A DNA stretch of 36,733 bases, taken from the NCBI GenBank assembly GCA_964196045.1, contig CAXMRH010000154.1:1-36733 (forward strand), given 5' to 3'. The translations under genes and the position numbers were made by a program. Positions 25,122-34,693 of the stretch are shown here, one piece after another (within the stretch, counting starts at the first letter, position 1; the number at the start of each line of letters is the position of its first letter). The notes beneath the pieces are model-generated. The model was not told the DNA's origin and ran no database searches. It saw only the letters and a program-made list of their open reading frames with translations. The DNA comes from an uncultured Chthoniobacterales bacterium. Lineage in GTDB: Bacteria; Actinomycetota; Acidimicrobiia; Acidimicrobiales; SHLQ01.

Positions 25122-26146
25122 GTTGCGCCACGTTCGGCCAGCAGCGACTCGATGTCGGCGATCGTCGGCATGTCGTCGGCACACATGAGTCGCCCAGCGA
25201 CGATGGCGCCGGCAGCGTTGCCCCATTTGATGATTGTCTCTGGGTCCCAGCCGCTCAGCAGCCCGTGGCAGAAGGCACCGCCGAACGCGTCTCCGGATCC
25301 GAGGCCACAAACGACATCGACCCAGTATGGGGGCACCGAGACGCGGTGCCCGTCTGCGGTCGCGATCATGACGCCGTCGGCGCCGAGCTTCATCACGGCC
25401 ATCTCGAGGCCGGCCTCGAGCAAACGGTCCGCGGCAAGGTTCATGTCTCGCGTGCCGACCGCTATCTCGCACTCGTCTTTGTTTCCGATGGCGACCGTGA
25501 AACGATCGAGCATCGGGCGAATCGCTTCTGATGCCTGCTCTGGTGACTGCCAGAACATCGGACGCCAGTCGAGATCGAGCACCGTGTGGCTTTTGCGACC
25601 GCGAAGATCGAGCAGCTCGGTGACGGTGGCCGCCGAACGTTCGTCGGAGAAGCGCGATGCGGGTAGCCAGAAGATCGGCACGTCGCGGACGACGTCGGCA
25701 TCCACATCGCTCGGGTCGATATTTTGGTCTGGCGCGCGTGGTGATCGGTAGAAGATGATCGACGGGTCTTCGGGCGGGTCGAGTTCGGCGAAGGCCAGAG
25801 GAGTCTGGAGCTCCAGGTCGGTTGCGATGAACCGATTATCGACACCGAAGGTGTGCTCGAGCGCGTGCCGGACGTAATCGCCGAACTGGTCATCGCCGAC
25901 CTTGGTCACCAAGGCAACCTTGTGCCCAAGCCGAGCTGCGGCAACAGCAACGTTCGTGGCCGTACCACCGATCGATTTCTGGAAGGTCGTCACGTTTCGC
26001 ATCGGCTCGCCAAGCTGCAGCGCGTAGAGGTCGACGCTCACCCGCCCAATCGTCAGAAGCTCGAGCTCAGTCGGTAACACCTCGACACTCCCGGTCGAGA
26101 TCCCCCGACCGTCCTCATGGTCGCTACGCGAGCTCCGCTCCCCCAT
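25118..26146 (-). CDS. iolC: 5-dehydro-2-deoxygluconokinase (PfkB family)
   Basis: PfkB signatures LLTIGRVSVDLY and GLGSGDAFGGAF. Start is ambiguous. ATG 26146 gives a 22-aa N-terminal tail encoded by repeat copy A. GTG 26080 is preceded by GGGAG at 8 nt and gives a canonical N-terminus. Confidence 0.85.
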   Translation of the reverse strand: MGERSSRSDHEDGRGISTGSVEVLPTELELLTIGRVSVDLYALQLGEPMRNVTTFQKSIGGTATNVAVAAARLGHKVALVTKVGDDQFGDYVRHALEHTFGVDNRFIATDLELQTPLAFAELDPPEDPSIIFYRSPRAPDQNIDPSDVDADVVRDVPIFWLPASRFSDERSAATVTELLDLRGRKSHTVLDLDWRPMFWQSPEQASEAIRPMLDRFTVAIGNKDECEIAVGTRDMNLAADRLLEAGLEMAVMKLGADGVMIATADGHRVSVPPYWVDVVCGLGSGDAFGGAFCHGLLSGWDPETIIKWGNAAGAIVAGRLMCADDMPTIADIESLLAERGAT

Positions 26147-26214
26147 CACTTCTCGACACTCCCGGTCGAGATCCCCCGACCGTCCACATGGTCGCTACGC
26201 GAGCTGCGCTCCCC
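26081..26214. repeat. two tandem copies of a 63-bp element (61/63 identical), 71-bp period
   Basis: Read directly: copy A at 26081-26143 and copy B at 26152-26214. Self-complementary segments: ctcgac-n7-gtcgag and cgacc-n8-ggtcg. Confidence 0.9.
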
Positions 26215-27015
26215 TTTGGAGCTGGTCTCCAAATGCGCGTGAAACGCGGCTAGTTCGTCGTCGGCGATGGGGACGAGAGTTGGGTCGTCAGGGAACGCTC
26301 CGGACTGAACGTCTGCGACGTACTCCGTGTACGCCGCGACTCGTTCGGCCTGAAGTCGGTCTTCTTCGGCTGCGAGGTTTCGGTACTGCTTGGCGTGGCG
26401 GGGGACGTGGCCTCGGTTGGTTCCGAGGATGTCCGTCGAAAACAGATACTGCGCGTCACAGCCAGCGCCCGACCCCATGGAGATCATGTACATCGCCGTG
26501 CGCTCCGAGATCGCTGTCGCCACGGCGGCCGGGACCACTTCGATCTCTGCGGCGAATGCGCCTGCTTCTTCGAGTGCCTTTGTCTGTTCGAAGACCGACA
26601 TGGCACTCGCCGCTGTCTTGCCCACAGCTCGGAATCCACCCGTCCACGTTCGTCGCGCCGGGATCAGACCGACATGGCCAACGACAGGAATTCCCTCGGC
26701 CCGCATACGCGAAATTGTTTCGAGGCTGGCCGCGCTCCACACCGCGTCCGCGCCCAGCTCCATCATTGAGAAACCGGCGCGCAGGTAGTCGTCGGTGGTG
26801 ACATGTACGCCGTACTCCAACCCAGCAACTATGAACGCCGACGGCGCCGCGAGGCGGTAGTCGTCGCTCATGCTTGTGTCTTGCACGGTGATGATGTCGA
26901 TGCCTGCATCACTTGCAGCGATTGCTTCTGCGAGTGAGTCGACGTACACGTCCGTCCGCTGTCGTGAGCCTTTTTCGGCAAGGAGATCCGCCACAGTGGG
27001 ACGCATCGAAGTCAT
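26146..27015 (-). CDS. PanB-family (3-methyl-2-oxobutanoate hydroxymethyltransferase-like) paralog
   Basis: 289 aa. ATG 27015 is preceded by GGAGGAGG. Colinear with recalled E. coli PanB blocks (IPVVGHVGLIPARRTWTGGFRAVGK; LEEAGAFAAEIEVVP; ISMGSGAGCDAQYLFSTDILG; HVPRHAKQY). The N-terminal motifs are diverged. The last ~24 aa come from repeat copy B. Confidence 0.7.
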   Translation of the reverse strand: MTSMRPTVADLLAEKGSRQRTDVYVDSLAEAIAASDAGIDIITVQDTSMSDDYRLAAPSAFIVAGLEYGVHVTTDDYLRAGFSMMELGADAVWSAASLETISRMRAEGIPVVGHVGLIPARRTWTGGFRAVGKTAASAMSVFEQTKALEEAGAFAAEIEVVPAAVATAISERTAMYMISMGSGAGCDAQYLFSTDILGTNRGHVPRHAKQYRNLAAEEDRLQAERVAAYTEYVADVQSGAFPDDPTLVPIADDELAAFHAHLETSSKGERSSRSDHVDGRGISTGSVEK

Positions 27016-27079
27016 GTCGAGCCTCCTCCGGAGGGATTCAGATACCGCCGAACCGGCAGCGGGCTATGAGGCCAGGTGG

Positions 27080-27874
27080 CTACTTGCTAGCGATTGCGTC
27101 GGCCAACTCCTGTTGCAGTTGTTCGAGTTCTGCGCCACCGGCCATGAGCTGGGTGAGCTCGTGTTGGCTGATCTCGTCCTTCGCAAAGTTGCCCATGGAC
27201 TGACCACGATTGAGGATCAAGAAACGGTCGCCTACCGGAAACGCGTGTGCGGGATTGTGCGTAATGAAGATCACGCCGAGACCTCGTTTGGCGGCCTCGA
27301 CGATGTATCGCAGCACCACACCCGACTGCTTCACACCGAGCGCAGAGGTTGGCTCGTCGAGAATCAGCACCTTTGCTCCGAAGTACACGGCGCGCGCAAT
27401 GGCGACCGACTGACGCTCGCCACCGGAAAGTGTTCCCACGGGCTGTTCGGTGTCGCGGATGTCGATGCCCATCTTGAGCATCTCTTCCTTGGCAATCGCC
27501 TTCGCTTTGGCCTTATCGACCCAGCGGGCGGGAAACACACCCTTGGTTGGCTCGGCTCCGAGAAAGAAGTTCCGCCAAACCGACATCAGCGGCACCATGG
27601 CGAGGTCCTGATACACCGCCGCGATGCCACGATCGAGCGCTTCGCGGGGCGAGTTGAACTCCATCTCCTGGCCCTCGAGGCGAAACGCACCTGCGTCGTG
27701 CTGATGAACACCAGCAAGGATCTTGATGAAGGTCGACTTGCCGGCGCCATTGTCGCCGAGCACACAGGTCACTTCGCCTGCGCGCACCTCAGTGGTCACC
27801 CCCTGGAGCGCAATGATGTTGCCGTAGAACTTTCCAATGTTGTCGAGTTCGAGAAGTGGGGTCGAGTCGCTCAT
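27080..27874 (-). CDS. sugar ABC transporter ATP-binding protein (single NBD)
   Basis: 264 aa. Walker [10 protein letters not shown], signature [14 protein letters not shown], Walker B VLILDEPT. The ATG overlaps the permease stop (ATGA 27871-27874). Confidence 0.9.
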   Translation of the reverse strand: MSDSTPLLELDNIGKFYGNIIALQGVTTEVRAGEVTCVLGDNGAGKSTFIKILAGVHQHDAGAFRLEGQEMEFNSPREALDRGIAAVYQDLAMVPLMSVWRNFFLGAEPTKGVFPARWVDKAKAKAIAKEEMLKMGIDIRDTEQPVGTLSGGERQSVAIARAVYFGAKVLILDEPTSALGVKQSGVVLRYIVEAAKRGLGVIFITHNPAHAFPVGDRFLILNRGQSMGNFAKDEISQHELTQLMAGGAELEQLQQELADAIASK

Positions 27875-29949
27875 CGTGATGCCTCCGCTTTGCTACGTAT
27901 GAAGTTGTTTGCAATCACCGCTGCGAGCAGGATCACGCCGAGGAAGGCGAAGCGCCAATCGGAGTTCCATCGCGCTGCGGGGATGCCCTGCTTGGACATC
28001 GCCATAATCATTGCTCCGATCGCTGCGCCAAAGGCCGAGCCGTACCCACCGGTCAGGAAGGTGCCACCGACCACGGCAGCGATGATGTACTCGAACTCGA
28101 GTCCGTTGCCGGTACCGGATTGGATGGTGTTCAGGCGGAAGGCCAGTAGCAATCCGACGAGCCATGCAGCCGCGGAAACGATCATGAAGAGTTGCGTCTT
28201 AGTTCGAGCTGCTGGCACACCGATCTGGCGGGCCGCCTCCTTGTTGCCGCCGACGGCGAAGATCCAGCTTCCGAACTTCGTTCGTCCGAGAACGAACGTG
28301 GCAAGTGCGGTCACCCCAACAAACCAGAGAACCTCGACACGGAACTGCGCCCGGGGGATCTCGGCTGCGATCTCCGCGTCCGTGGTGAACAGCAACTTGA
28401 TGACTAGCCCACCGACGATCCCCACCATGCCCACCAGGCTCAACCTGGTGGCCAAGTTATCAGCGGATGTGTCGCCGAATCTTCGCTGCTCGAAGAAGGC
28501 GCTAACCAGCGCCCAGCACCCAATGACCAGCGCAGATGCGAGAAGCACGCTGAACACTTCTGAGCGGAACTTCTCCACTTCGGATTGACCCCGAACGAAG
28601 AACGCAAGCGCGGTCGTCAGGACTGCCACGGTCGCAAGAGCGACGCTGCGTGTTGCCGGCGAGATTCGCCCACCGCGCACTGCGGCCATAGCGAGGAGCG
28701 TGAGTCCTGCCATCACGAAGGCGGCGAACAAGATTGCTCGGAGGCCCTGCTCGGTGCTCATGAACATGAACGCATACAGGCCAAATGCGGAAGCGATTCC
28801 AACAGCGGCCACCTGACCCATGACTTCGGGGGGAAGGCCATCGACGGCAGCCAAACCAAGCTTTCGAAGCGAGTACCAGGAAGCGCCCAGGCCCACGATA
28901 ATTACCAGTGGCCATTTCGCGAAGCCAACCAGATCGAGGACGGATTCTTGCGACTCGACCCCTAGCTGCCATGCGCACAGAATGCCGACCAAGAAAAGGA
29001 TGACACCACCACCGAGAGTGTTTCGGACGCCCGTGTCGAGCGAGACCGAACCGACGTCATGTCGCTCGTAGCGCCACATGCCCAGGCCGTAGAACCCGAC
29101 GAACCCCGACACTGCAAAGATGACACCCGCAAGCGTGTTTGATCCCACGCCATCGGTCCCGTGCATGATGAAGATTCCAGCGATAGCTCCTGCGAGTCCA
29201 GCGAGAAATGCGTACATTCCCGTGGGGTTGAGTTCTTCTCGACGCTTGAAGCTGAACTCGTAGATCGCCAGCACGAGGAGCAATATGCCACCGAGTAGCA
29301 ACGCGGTGTAGATGCCATCGCGTGCCTCAAATTGATGGTCATTTCGAGTCCACGTGGACCCGAAGATCTTGTTGAAGAAGTCGTATCCGTGGCCCTCATC
29401 GATTCGGCCGACGGTGATGTTGTCAATGATCAACTTCGAAAAGCCGAGCTTGAATCCTCGAAGGATGAAGAACGTCGCGAGTGTCACGATGAAACTCGGA
29501 AGCGCCGTTCGTTCGACCATGAAGCCGTTGAACCAACCAAGCCCGAGGGCGACGACGAACGAGATCGGGATGGCAAGCCAAAGACTCAGCCCGGCTCCAC
29601 CGAGCTCACCAACGTCTTTGACCAGCAGAATCGTGACGATGCCTAGCGCACCAGTCGCTGCGCCCGACGAAAGATCGAATTCACCACCGATCATCAGCAG
29701 CGAAACAGCAACTGCCATGATGCCGAGGGTCGAGGCAACAGCGAGGACTGGCAGAATGCCGCCCGCTTTGCCGAACTCACCTGCCACGGCCCAAAAGAAT
29801 GCCCAGATTGCAACGGCGCCGATGATGGCTCCGATTTCGGGCCGGACGAGGAGGCGTTGAAACACTCCTCGATAGGCAAGGCGTTCATCGCCGTCGCCCG
29901 TAAGACTCGCCGTCATTGCTTCGACAGCAGCCGATGCTTGGTCACTCAT
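27871..29949 (-). CDS. sugar ABC transporter permease (RbsC/BPD_transp_2 type) with a large internal hydrophobic insertion
   Basis: 692 aa. Conserved N-part ([24 protein letters not shown]) and C-part ([12 protein letters not shown]...[22 protein letters not shown]) are separated by ~400 aa instead of the usual ~80. Confidence 0.85.
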   Translation of the reverse strand: MSDQASAAVEAMTASLTGDGDERLAYRGVFQRLLVRPEIGAIIGAVAIWAFFWAVAGEFGKAGGILPVLAVASTLGIMAVAVSLLMIGGEFDLSSGAATGALGIVTILLVKDVGELGGAGLSLWLAIPISFVVALGLGWFNGFMVERTALPSFIVTLATFFILRGFKLGFSKLIIDNITVGRIDEGHGYDFFNKIFGSTWTRNDHQFEARDGIYTALLLGGILLLVLAIYEFSFKRREELNPTGMYAFLAGLAGAIAGIFIMHGTDGVGSNTLAGVIFAVSGFVGFYGLGMWRYERHDVGSVSLDTGVRNTLGGGVILFLVGILCAWQLGVESQESVLDLVGFAKWPLVIIVGLGASWYSLRKLGLAAVDGLPPEVMGQVAAVGIASAFGLYAFMFMSTEQGLRAILFAAFVMAGLTLLAMAAVRGGRISPATRSVALATVAVLTTALAFFVRGQSEVEKFRSEVFSVLLASALVIGCWALVSAFFEQRRFGDTSADNLATRLSLVGMVGIVGGLVIKLLFTTDAEIAAEIPRAQFRVEVLWFVGVTALATFVLGRTKFGSWIFAVGGNKEAARQIGVPAARTKTQLFMIVSAAAWLVGLLLAFRLNTIQSGTGNGLEFEYIIAAVVGGTFLTGGYGSAFGAAIGAMIMAMSKQGIPAARWNSDWRFAFLGVILLAAVIANNFIRSKAEASR

Positions 29950-30048
29950 ACATTTTCCCCCGACATGGTCCTCTGCTCACGAATGATCTGATCGATCACA
30001 CGCTCCCCCGAGAACACACCTAATTTTCCGAACTTGCAAGTTGACCGG

Positions 30049-30080
30049 CGGGCTGGGGTGAATGGATCCACCCCAGCCCG
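30049..30080 (-). terminator. intercistronic stem-loop with a perfect 12-bp stem (cgggctggggtg / caccccagcccg) between the SBP and permease genes
   Basis: Read directly. Lies 42 nt after the SBP stop. No U-tract follows, so it is more likely a partial terminator or mRNA stabiliser than a strong terminator. Confidence 0.45.
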
Positions 30081-30121
30081 ACAGTCGGTACTACTACTAC
30101 TACGTGAGCTGAACTACTCGA

Positions 30122-31159
30122 CTAGCGAGTACCAGCTTCGACGAGCGCCTTGACGCTGCTCGCGTTGTCAGCGGTGATGAAGCCAGGACCCGTGAGGATC
30201 GGCAGGCCGCCACCAGCGGTGTTCGAGTTGGTGACCTCGAGGTACATGAGGATCACTGGCAGGTACCCCTGGAGGTACTGCTGCTGATCAACCGTGAACA
30301 AGATTTCACCGCTCTCGATTGCGTTGAGCAGGTCTGGGGTGACGTCGAAGCCACCAACGGTGAGGTCGCGCCCGAGGGATTCTGCAGCACGCAGACCGGA
30401 CATTGCGATGACCGGACCAACGCCCATGAAGCCGTCGTAGTCAGGATCGGCCGACAGAGCAGCGTTGATAGCTGCTTCCTGTGCGGTCTGATCAGCGTCG
30501 AGATCCATGAACGAGGAAACAACTTCACCGCTGAACGTGTCAGCGAGACCGTCGCAACGCTCGGCGAGAGCGACGTTGTCCTGCTCCTGGATTCCGCAGA
30601 GGATCTTGGTTGCGCCAGCGTCGTTGAAACGAGCGCCTGCACCCTGACCTGCGATGAACTCGGTCTGACCAACGTGGCTGGTCGCACCGATTTCCTGGTA
30701 GTCGTTCACACCGGAGTTGAGGGTGTAGACGGGGATACCAGCAGCGACAGCGTCCTGAAGAACAGGGATCAGCTGATCGGGGCTTGGAAGCGAAGACGCG
30801 ATGCCGTCACTGCCAGCTGCAATAGCCGCTTCGATGTCGGACTGCTGCACGCCAGGATCGTTGTTCGAACCCTGCCATACGAGCTCGACGCCAACGTCTT
30901 CTGCTGCTGCTTCGGCGCCACGCTTGAGGACGGACCAGAACGGGCCATCATCGGAGTGTGTGATCATGTGGAACGTGAGATCTCCACCCTGGGTGACGTC
31001 AACGGTCTCGTCGTCGTCGGTATCTCCAGCGGTGTCATCGTCCGCTGTATCTCCGGACGTGTCTCCGTCATCTGCGGCACTCGTGTCGTCATCGCTACCG
31101 CAAGCTGCGGCGACCATGACGAGGGCTAGCAACATGGCTAGCCAACTCATCTTCTTCAT
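30122..31159 (-). CDS. sugar/cyclitol ABC transporter substrate-binding lipoprotein (PBP type I)
   Basis: 345 aa. Signal plus lipobox LVMVAAAC|GSD, an Asp/Thr-rich linker, then a periplasmic-binding fold. AGGAGGGG lies upstream of the ATG. Confidence 0.85.
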   Translation of the reverse strand: MKKMSWLAMLLALVMVAAACGSDDDTSAADDGDTSGDTADDDTAGDTDDDETVDVTQGGDLTFHMITHSDDGPFWSVLKRGAEAAAEDVGVELVWQGSNNDPGVQQSDIEAAIAAGSDGIASSLPSPDQLIPVLQDAVAAGIPVYTLNSGVNDYQEIGATSHVGQTEFIAGQGAGARFNDAGATKILCGIQEQDNVALAERCDGLADTFSGEVVSSFMDLDADQTAQEAAINAALSADPDYDGFMGVGPVIAMSGLRAAESLGRDLTVGGFDVTPDLLNAIESGEILFTVDQQQYLQGYLPVILMYLEVTNSNTAGGGLPILTGPGFITADNASSVKALVEAGTR

Positions 31160-31234
31160 TGTATTTCCCCTCCTGGTGGGATTTCTTATTGGTGTTCCCG
31201 GAGACGAGATGAACGACTCGCGACATGACGGTGG

Positions 31235-32119
31235 TCATGCGGCAAGTCGAACCTCTAGTCCCCTGAGATAGTCGACGCTCGCTTGAACGTCTTCGATTGG
31301 TCCTTTGCCTTCAGCAGGTTCGTCTCCAGTAATGGCGATGTCCTGTTCGAGGACATACCAGCCGGAATAACCACTGCGTTCTAGAGAGGCTATTACAAGA
31401 TCGATGTCGAGGTTACCTCGCCCCACCGTGGGAAAGATCCCTGACTGCACGGCCTCCATGAGTGAGATCTCGCCATCATTGAGCCGGCGCGCCACCGAAA
31501 GATCGGCGTCTTTGACATGCACGAGACCAACACGGTCGGGATGATCGCGCGCAAAATCGACCGGGTCGTAGCCCCCGACGGCGAAATGCGCCGTATCGAG
31601 CACGAAGCGAATCCGGCTGTTGTCGACGACTCGTTGGATCTCTTCTCGTGTCTCGACGATGGTGCCGACGTGCTCGTGCAGCACCTGGATGAGCCCGTGC
31701 GCCTCGGTGATTTCCTCGATCACGTCGAACATGTACATCGCGTGTGCCCATTCGCTCTCGATGAGCTCTTGGCGAGGGGCCCAGTCCCAGCTCGTCACGG
31801 GAGCGGTGTTGAAGTAGGTGGCGCCAGCCTCACGCAAGAGCGCCGCCATTTCGTTGGCCTGGCGAATGGTCTCCTCTTTCTCCGCTGGGTCGTGCACCAC
31901 GAGGGGCACGAACGCAGCAAGAAGACCCAGCCCGTGTTCGTCGAGAACGGAGCGCAGTTCGGCGGGGCTGGAAGGGAGGTACCCCTCCGAACCGAGCTCC
32001 GTGGCGGGAAAACCCATTTCGGCCATCTCAGAGAGCACACGATCAACCGGGAGCTGAAGGCCCCAGCCGGGCACTTCGCAAATTCCCCACGAGATCGGCG
32101 CAGTCGCCATTCGATCCAT
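31235..32119 (-). CDS. iolE: inosose (2-keto-myo-inositol) dehydratase, xylose-isomerase-like TIM barrel
   Basis: ATG 32119 (MDRMATAPISWGICEVPGWG...) matches the IolE N-terminal pattern WGIAPIGW. 294 aa. The longer ORF-track version would run through the operator region. Confidence 0.75.
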   Translation of the reverse strand: MDRMATAPISWGICEVPGWGLQLPVDRVLSEMAEMGFPATELGSEGYLPSSPAELRSVLDEHGLGLLAAFVPLVVHDPAEKEETIRQANEMAALLREAGATYFNTAPVTSWDWAPRQELIESEWAHAMYMFDVIEEITEAHGLIQVLHEHVGTIVETREEIQRVVDNSRIRFVLDTAHFAVGGYDPVDFARDHPDRVGLVHVKDADLSVARRLNDGEISLMEAVQSGIFPTVGRGNLDIDLVIASLERSGYSGWYVLEQDIAITGDEPAEGKGPIEDVQASVDYLRGLEVRLAA

Positions 32120-32161
32120 GAATCCCAAGTTTCGACGGCCCCCTGTCAGGCTTTGGTCGAT

Positions 32162-32181
32162 TGAGTAGAGCGCTCTACTCA
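32162..32181. promoter_or_regulatory. perfect 20-bp palindrome TGAGTAGAGCGCTCTACTCA, candidate LacI-family operator (O1)
   Basis: Read directly, with a central CG as in LacI/GalR operators. Lies 43 nt upstream of the iolE start, in the divergent region shared with the LacI-family regulator gene. Confidence 0.6.
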
Positions 32182-32304
32182 TCCGTCGCGCCGTAAACGT
32201 AGGCCGCGTTCGGTCGCAGGTCAACCCACAGCCCTTACGAATGGCCGGACTATCACAAGGAATCTCGGAAAATAGGGGTTCCATCTCCAAACGAGATACT
32301 TGCC

Positions 32305-32322
32305 GGATAGAGCGCTCCACCT
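32305..32322. promoter_or_regulatory. second operator-like site (core TAGAGCGCTCCA, 1 mismatch to the O1 core)
   Basis: Read directly. Ends just upstream of a TACAGT -10-like hexamer (32324-32329), which sits 6 nt before the regulator ATG. Confidence 0.45.
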
Positions 32323-32335
32323 CTACAGTGCGGCC

Positions 32336-33343
32336 ATGGGGCAGCCAACGATGGACGACGTGGCGAAGAGAGCCGGTGTCTCGCGCTCCCTTGTGAGTCT
32401 GGTCATGCGCGAATCCCCTCGGGTGAGTGATCAGAGCAGGAAGAACGTGCTCGCCGCGGCTCAGGAGTTGGGCTACCGACCCAACCACTTCGCGCGCAAC
32501 TTAGCGAGTGGGCAGACCCACACCATCGGCATCATGCTGAATGACCTGCACAACCCGTACTTCACCGAGATGGCCGAAGGTGCGGCCGCGGCGGCGACCG
32601 ACGCGAACATGCAAGTCCTCATCACATCTGGGTGGCAGCGTGAGGACGGCGATGGAGCCGCCATCGGAGCTCTCCTCGACCTCAGGACGAGAGGGCTAAT
32701 TCTCGGGGCCGCCCGCGTCGCCCATGGCCTGTTCGACGAAGTCGCAAACGTGGTACCGGTTGTTGCAGTAGCCGTCTTCGATCGCCCGGAACGATTTGAC
32801 ACCGTGTGCAACGACGAGTCGATCGGGGCCGAGTTGGTTGTCGACCACTTGGTCGACCTAGGCCACGAGCGCATCGCTCACATCACTGGTGGCGATTCGC
32901 CGAGCGGTCCAGAGCGACAAACCGGATTCATCGATGCGATGGTCGAGCGCGGACTCGCTCCAATCATTATCGATGGGGCCTTCGAGGAACACGCCGGCCA
33001 CGCCGCCGCGACACAATTGATGGCACTCAGGGAACCACCCACGGCAATCTTCGCCGCGAACGATCTCTGTGCAAGCGGCGTGCTTACCGCGCTTCGCGAT
33101 CTCGGGGTCTCGGTGCCCGACGACGTTTCCGTCGTCGGCTACGACGACACGTTGTTGGCCGGCATTGGCACGATGTCGCTCACGACCGTCCATCAGCCAC
33201 GCCAGCAATTCGGCCGCCGTGCGATGGAACTCCTGCTCGAGCGCATCGATGGTCGTAGTGTCGCGAGCCACGAGCTGATCGAACCACGTCTCGTCACCCG
33301 CTCGTCCACGGGGCCAGCTCCTACCGAAGGAACCATGACATGA
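32336..33343 (+). CDS. LacI-family transcriptional regulator
   Basis: N-terminal [23 protein letters not shown] followed by a periplasmic-binding-like sugar-sensor domain. ATG 32336 was chosen over the ORF-track start at 32300. ATG 32351 is an alternative. Confidence 0.85.
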   Translation: MGQPTMDDVAKRAGVSRSLVSLVMRESPRVSDQSRKNVLAAAQELGYRPNHFARNLASGQTHTIGIMLNDLHNPYFTEMAEGAAAAATDANMQVLITSGWQREDGDGAAIGALLDLRTRGLILGAARVAHGLFDEVANVVPVVAVAVFDRPERFDTVCNDESIGAELVVDHLVDLGHERIAHITGGDSPSGPERQTGFIDAMVERGLAPIIIDGAFEEHAGHAAATQLMALREPPTAIFAANDLCASGVLTALRDLGVSVPDDVSVVGYDDTLLAGIGTMSLTTVHQPRQQFGRRAMELLLERIDGRSVASHELIEPRLVTRSSTGPAPTEGTMT

Positions 33344-34671
33344 CCCACTTCTTCACTGATGTCTCGACACCGATCACCTACGAGGGTCCAGATTCTGACA
33401 ACCCGCTGGCGTTTCGGTGGTACGACAAGGACCGCGTGGTCATGGGCAAGTCCATGGAAGACCAGCTTCGGATGGCCGTCTGCTACTGGCACTCGTTTGC
33501 CTGGCCAGGCTCAGACATCTTCGGCGCGGGAACGTTCGATCGACCATGGTTTGATCCCACGATCGATCCCATGGACGCGGCCCACATCAAGATGGACGCC
33601 GCGTTCGAGTTCTTCGCCAAACTTGGCACACCGTTCTTCAGCTTCCATGATCGCGACATCGCACCCGAGGGCGAGACCTTCGCACAAAGCTGCGCAAACC
33701 TCGACACGATGATCGACTACGCGGAATCCAAGATGGCCGAGACTGGCGTCAGGCTTCTATGGGGCACCGCGCAGGCCTTCTTCCAGCCGCGATATGCCGC
33801 AGGCGCAGCCACGAACCCAAATCCCGATGTCTTCGCCCATGCCGCCGCGCAAGTGAAGCACTGCCTCGACGCCACGCACCGCCTCGGTGGACAGAACTAT
33901 GTGCTCTGGGGTGGCCGTGAGGGTTACGAGACTCTGCTCAACACGAACATGGCCCGCGAGCTCGACCAACTGGGCCGTTTCCTGAACATGGTCGTCGACC
34001 ATAAGAAGCAGATCGGTTTCGAGGGAACGATCCTGATCGAACCAAAACCTCAGGAACCAACGAAGCACCAGTACGACCACGACTCTGCCACCGTCTACGG
34101 CTTCCTTCGGGACCATGGACTCGAGAACGACATCAAGGTCAACATCGAGGTGAATCACGCAACGCTGGCCGGCCACGATTTCAACCACGAAATCAGACAA
34201 GCCGTGACCAATGGAATCTTCGGGTCCGTCGACGCCAACCGCGGTGACGATCGCCTTGGTTGGGACACCGACCAGTTTCCGAACTCGGTCGAGGAGATGA
34301 GCTTGGGTGTCTACGAGATTCTTCTCGGAGGTGGCTTCACCACCGGCGGCTTCATGTTCGACACAAAACTTCGGCGACAGAGCATGCACCCAACCGATCT
34401 CTTCCATGCCCATATTGGAGCGATGGACACGATGGCCCGAAGCCTCCTCGTCGCATCGGCGCTCCTCGAAGATGGTGAGCTCGCGGCGCTTGTGGACGGG
34501 CGCTACGCTGGCTGGGCAACGGATCGAGGGCAACGGATTCTCGCCGGTGAGGTGAGCCTGGCCGACCTCCACGCGGACGTCTTGGCCAACAACATCGATC
34601 CAACTCCGGTAAGCGGCCAGCAGGAGATGATCGAAAACCTCATCAACCGGACCATCGAACGAGTTCGCTGA
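33340..34671 (+). CDS. xylA: xylose isomerase (class II, long form)
   Basis: 443 aa. Motifs [26 protein letters not shown] and NHATLAGH. The ATG overlaps the regulator stop (ATGA 33340-33343). Confidence 0.9.
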   Translation: MTHFFTDVSTPITYEGPDSDNPLAFRWYDKDRVVMGKSMEDQLRMAVCYWHSFAWPGSDIFGAGTFDRPWFDPTIDPMDAAHIKMDAAFEFFAKLGTPFFSFHDRDIAPEGETFAQSCANLDTMIDYAESKMAETGVRLLWGTAQAFFQPRYAAGAATNPNPDVFAHAAAQVKHCLDATHRLGGQNYVLWGGREGYETLLNTNMARELDQLGRFLNMVVDHKKQIGFEGTILIEPKPQEPTKHQYDHDSATVYGFLRDHGLENDIKVNIEVNHATLAGHDFNHEIRQAVTNGIFGSVDANRGDDRLGWDTDQFPNSVEEMSLGVYEILLGGGFTTGGFMFDTKLRRQSMHPTDLFHAHIGAMDTMARSLLVASALLEDGELAALVDGRYAGWATDRGQRILAGEVSLADLHADVLANNIDPTPVSGQQEMIENLINRTIERVR

Positions 34672-34693
34672 CGGTTAAGCCAAGGAGCTGATC

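Noticed and set aside
26870-28588. Long antisense ORFs, for example 26870..28588 (572 aa), 22134..23324 (396 aa), 429..1346, 7579..8406, 16545..17348, 24816..25751 and 33757..34572.
   Set aside because: Each lies opposite a gene with clear family motifs. Their composition is Arg/Ser/Pro-rich with no recognisable domains. Stop-poor shadow ORFs like these are expected in high-GC DNA.
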